From positions 210,001-242,000 of the forward strand of contig NZ_CP046226.1 of the NCBI RefSeq assembly GCF_012562765.1: a stretch of 32,000 nucleotides of DNA. The letters run 5' to 3'. The first letter of the stretch is position 1. The number at the start of each line of letters is the position of its first letter. The stretch is from Candidatus Saccharimonadota bacterium (lineage in GTDB: Bacteria; Pseudomonadota; Gammaproteobacteria; Enterobacterales; Enterobacteriaceae). Of the stretch, positions 30,624-32,000 are shown in pieces. The position numbers and the translations under genes are program-made. The notes under the pieces are model-generated. The model was not told where the DNA came from. It saw only the letters and a list, made by a program, of their open reading frames with translations, and made no database searches.

Positions 30624-30856
30624 ATCAATGATATTAATATTAAAAATTAATATTATTAAAATATTTAAAATATAATATTATTATTTATTTTTCATTATAT
30701 ATTCTAAAATATATAATAATATTAAATAAATAAAAAATTAATTATAATATATTTATATATATGATTTTTAATTTAAGATAATATAATAAATATTTTAAAT
30801 TAATAGTTTTATTACATAAAAATAATATTAGATCAGTAGTTAAGGATTAATTAATA

Positions 30857-32000
30857 ATGTTAAATGTTATTGAATTATCAAGATTACAATTTGCACTAAC
30901 AGCAATGTATCATTTTATATTTGTTCCTTTAACATTAGGTATGTCTTTTTTATTAGCTATAATGGAAACTTTATACGTTTTATCCGGAAATATAATATAC
31001 AAAGACATGACACAGTTTTGGGGAAAATTATTTGGTATAAATTTTGCTTTAGGAGTAGCTACCGGTTTAACAATGGAATTCCAATTTGGAACAAATTGGT
31101 CATATTATTCACATTACGTAGGAGATATTTTTGGTGCTCCATTAGCAATTGAAGGATTAATGGCTTTTTTTCTAGAATCAACTTTTGTTGGTTTATTTTT
31201 TTTAGGATGGAATCGTTTAAATAAAATTCAACATATGATTGTAACATGGTTAGTAGCAATTGGTTCTAATTTTTCTGCTTTATGGATTCTTATAGCTAAT
31301 GCTTGGATGCAAAATCCAATATCTTCTCATTTTAATTATAAAAATATGAGAATGGAAATGGATAATTTCTGGAATCTAATTTTAAATCCTGTAGCTCAAT
31401 TAAAATTTGTACATACTGTTTCAGCAGGATATACAACAGCATCAATATTTATAATTGGTATTAGTTCTTATTACCTATTAAAAAAAAGAGATATTATATT
31501 TGCAAGAAAATCAATAATTATAGCTTCTAGTTTTGGTTTAGCTTCTATTTTTTCTGTAATAGTTCTTGGTGATGAATCAGGATATCAATTAGGAGAAACA
31601 CAACAAATTAAACTTGCTGCTATTGAAGCAGAATGGGAAACACAAAAACCACCAGCATCATTTACTATAATAGGATTTCCTAATCAAAAATATCAATTAA
31701 ATAAATATTCAATAGAAATACCATATTTATTAGGTTTAATAGCTACAAGATCTACAGATATTCCTATTTTAGGAATTAAAGATTTAATTAAAAATAATGA
31801 ATTAAAAATTACTAATGGTTTAAATGCATTAATTATACTTGAAAAAATACAAAATGGTAAAGCTGATAATAATCATATAAATTATTTTAATAAAGTAAAA
31901 AAAGATTTAGGATATGGTTTTTTAGTAAAACAGTATACGAATGATATAAAACATGTCAATATTAATCAAATTAAAAAAATTGCTATAAATACTATACCAT
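30857..32000 (+). CDS. cydA: cytochrome bd-I ubiquinol oxidase subunit I (N-terminal 381 codons; continues beyond the window)
   Basis: The ATG at 30857 is preceded by TAAGGA. The product [30 protein letters not shown]... and [57 protein letters not shown] are almost identical to E. coli CydA. The frame is open to the window end, so it is absent from the ORF track. Confidence 0.95.
   Translation, partial: MLNVIELSRLQFALTAMYHFIFVPLTLGMSFLLAIMETLYVLSGNIIYKDMTQFWGKLFGINFALGVATGLTMEFQFGTNWSYYSHYVGDIFGAPLAIEGLMAFFLESTFVGLFFLGWNRLNKIQHMIVTWLVAIGSNFSALWILIANAWMQNPISSHFNYKNMRMEMDNFWNLILNPVAQLKFVHTVSAGYTTASIFIIGISSYYLLKKRDIIFARKSIIIASSFGLASIFSVIVLGDESGYQLGETQQIKLAAIEAEWETQKPPASFTIIGFPNQKYQLNKYSIEIPYLLGLIATRSTDIPILGIKDLIKNNELKITNGLNALIILEKIQNGKADNNHINYFNKVKKDLGYGFLVKQYTNDIKHVNINQIKKIAINTIP

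Noticed and set aside
31059-31259. 66-aa minus-strand ORF inside cydA
   Set aside because: It is antisense to a near-identical match to E. coli CydA on the plus strand, so it is a shadow ORF.
1-32000. Window-wide search by eye for mobile elements, CRISPR arrays, toxin-antitoxin or defence genes, or an unannotated multi-gene system
   Set aside because: Every ORF above about 100 aa has a clear housekeeping orthologue. All spacers are 382 bp or shorter and nearly devoid of G/C. There are no transposase or integrase-like ORFs, no direct-repeat arrays and no long duplicated segments. I found no support for a novel system.

Overview
This window is extremely AT-rich (roughly four-fifths A+T by eye, not computed), gene-dense and poor in repeats. 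It reads as chromosome from a reduced-genome gammaproteobacterial insect endosymbiont derived from Enterobacterales. The exact taxon cannot be named without a database search. I find 22 protein genes (two cut by the window edges) and 2 tRNAs, all housekeeping or biosynthetic. In order they are: carB-carA (-), gmhA (+), ilvC (-), ilvD-ilvE-ilvM-ilvG (-), tRNA-Trp (-), purH (+), fpr (+), tpiA (+), lysS-prfB (-), tRNA-Ile2(CAU) (-), degP (-), rpiA (+), dapF (+), uvrD (+), corA (+), an AnsP-like amino-acid permease (-), sucA-sucB (+) and cydA (+, partial). Gene order follows blocks of the E. coli map with the intervening genes removed: trpT-[hdfR,yifE,comM,ilvL]-ilvGMED-[ilvA,ilvY]-ilvC; fpr-[..]-tpiA; prfB-lysS; dapF-[yigA,xerC,yigB]-uvrD-[..]-corA; [sdhCDAB]-sucAB-[sucCD..]-cydA. 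I see no mobile elements, CRISPR arrays, defence or toxin genes, or orphan multi-gene cluster, so I cannot support a claim of a novel system here. The most interesting signal is in prfB. The canonical CUU-UGA +1 frameshift cassette is followed nine codons later by an A10 tract that returns the reading frame to zero. As written, the gene therefore needs two recoding events, or transcript slippage, or the assembly has a homopolymer error. Secondary observations are gene-loss scars (ilvA/ilvY, an rRNA-operon-shaped gap between trpT and purH, xerC, sdh/sucCD), an eroded E3-binding domain in SucB, a conserved UUG start for carA, a tail-to-tail tpiA/lysS overlap, and many long in-frame poly(A) tracts. 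All protein identifications rest on my recollection of E. coli orthologue sequences and motifs, not on computed alignments.
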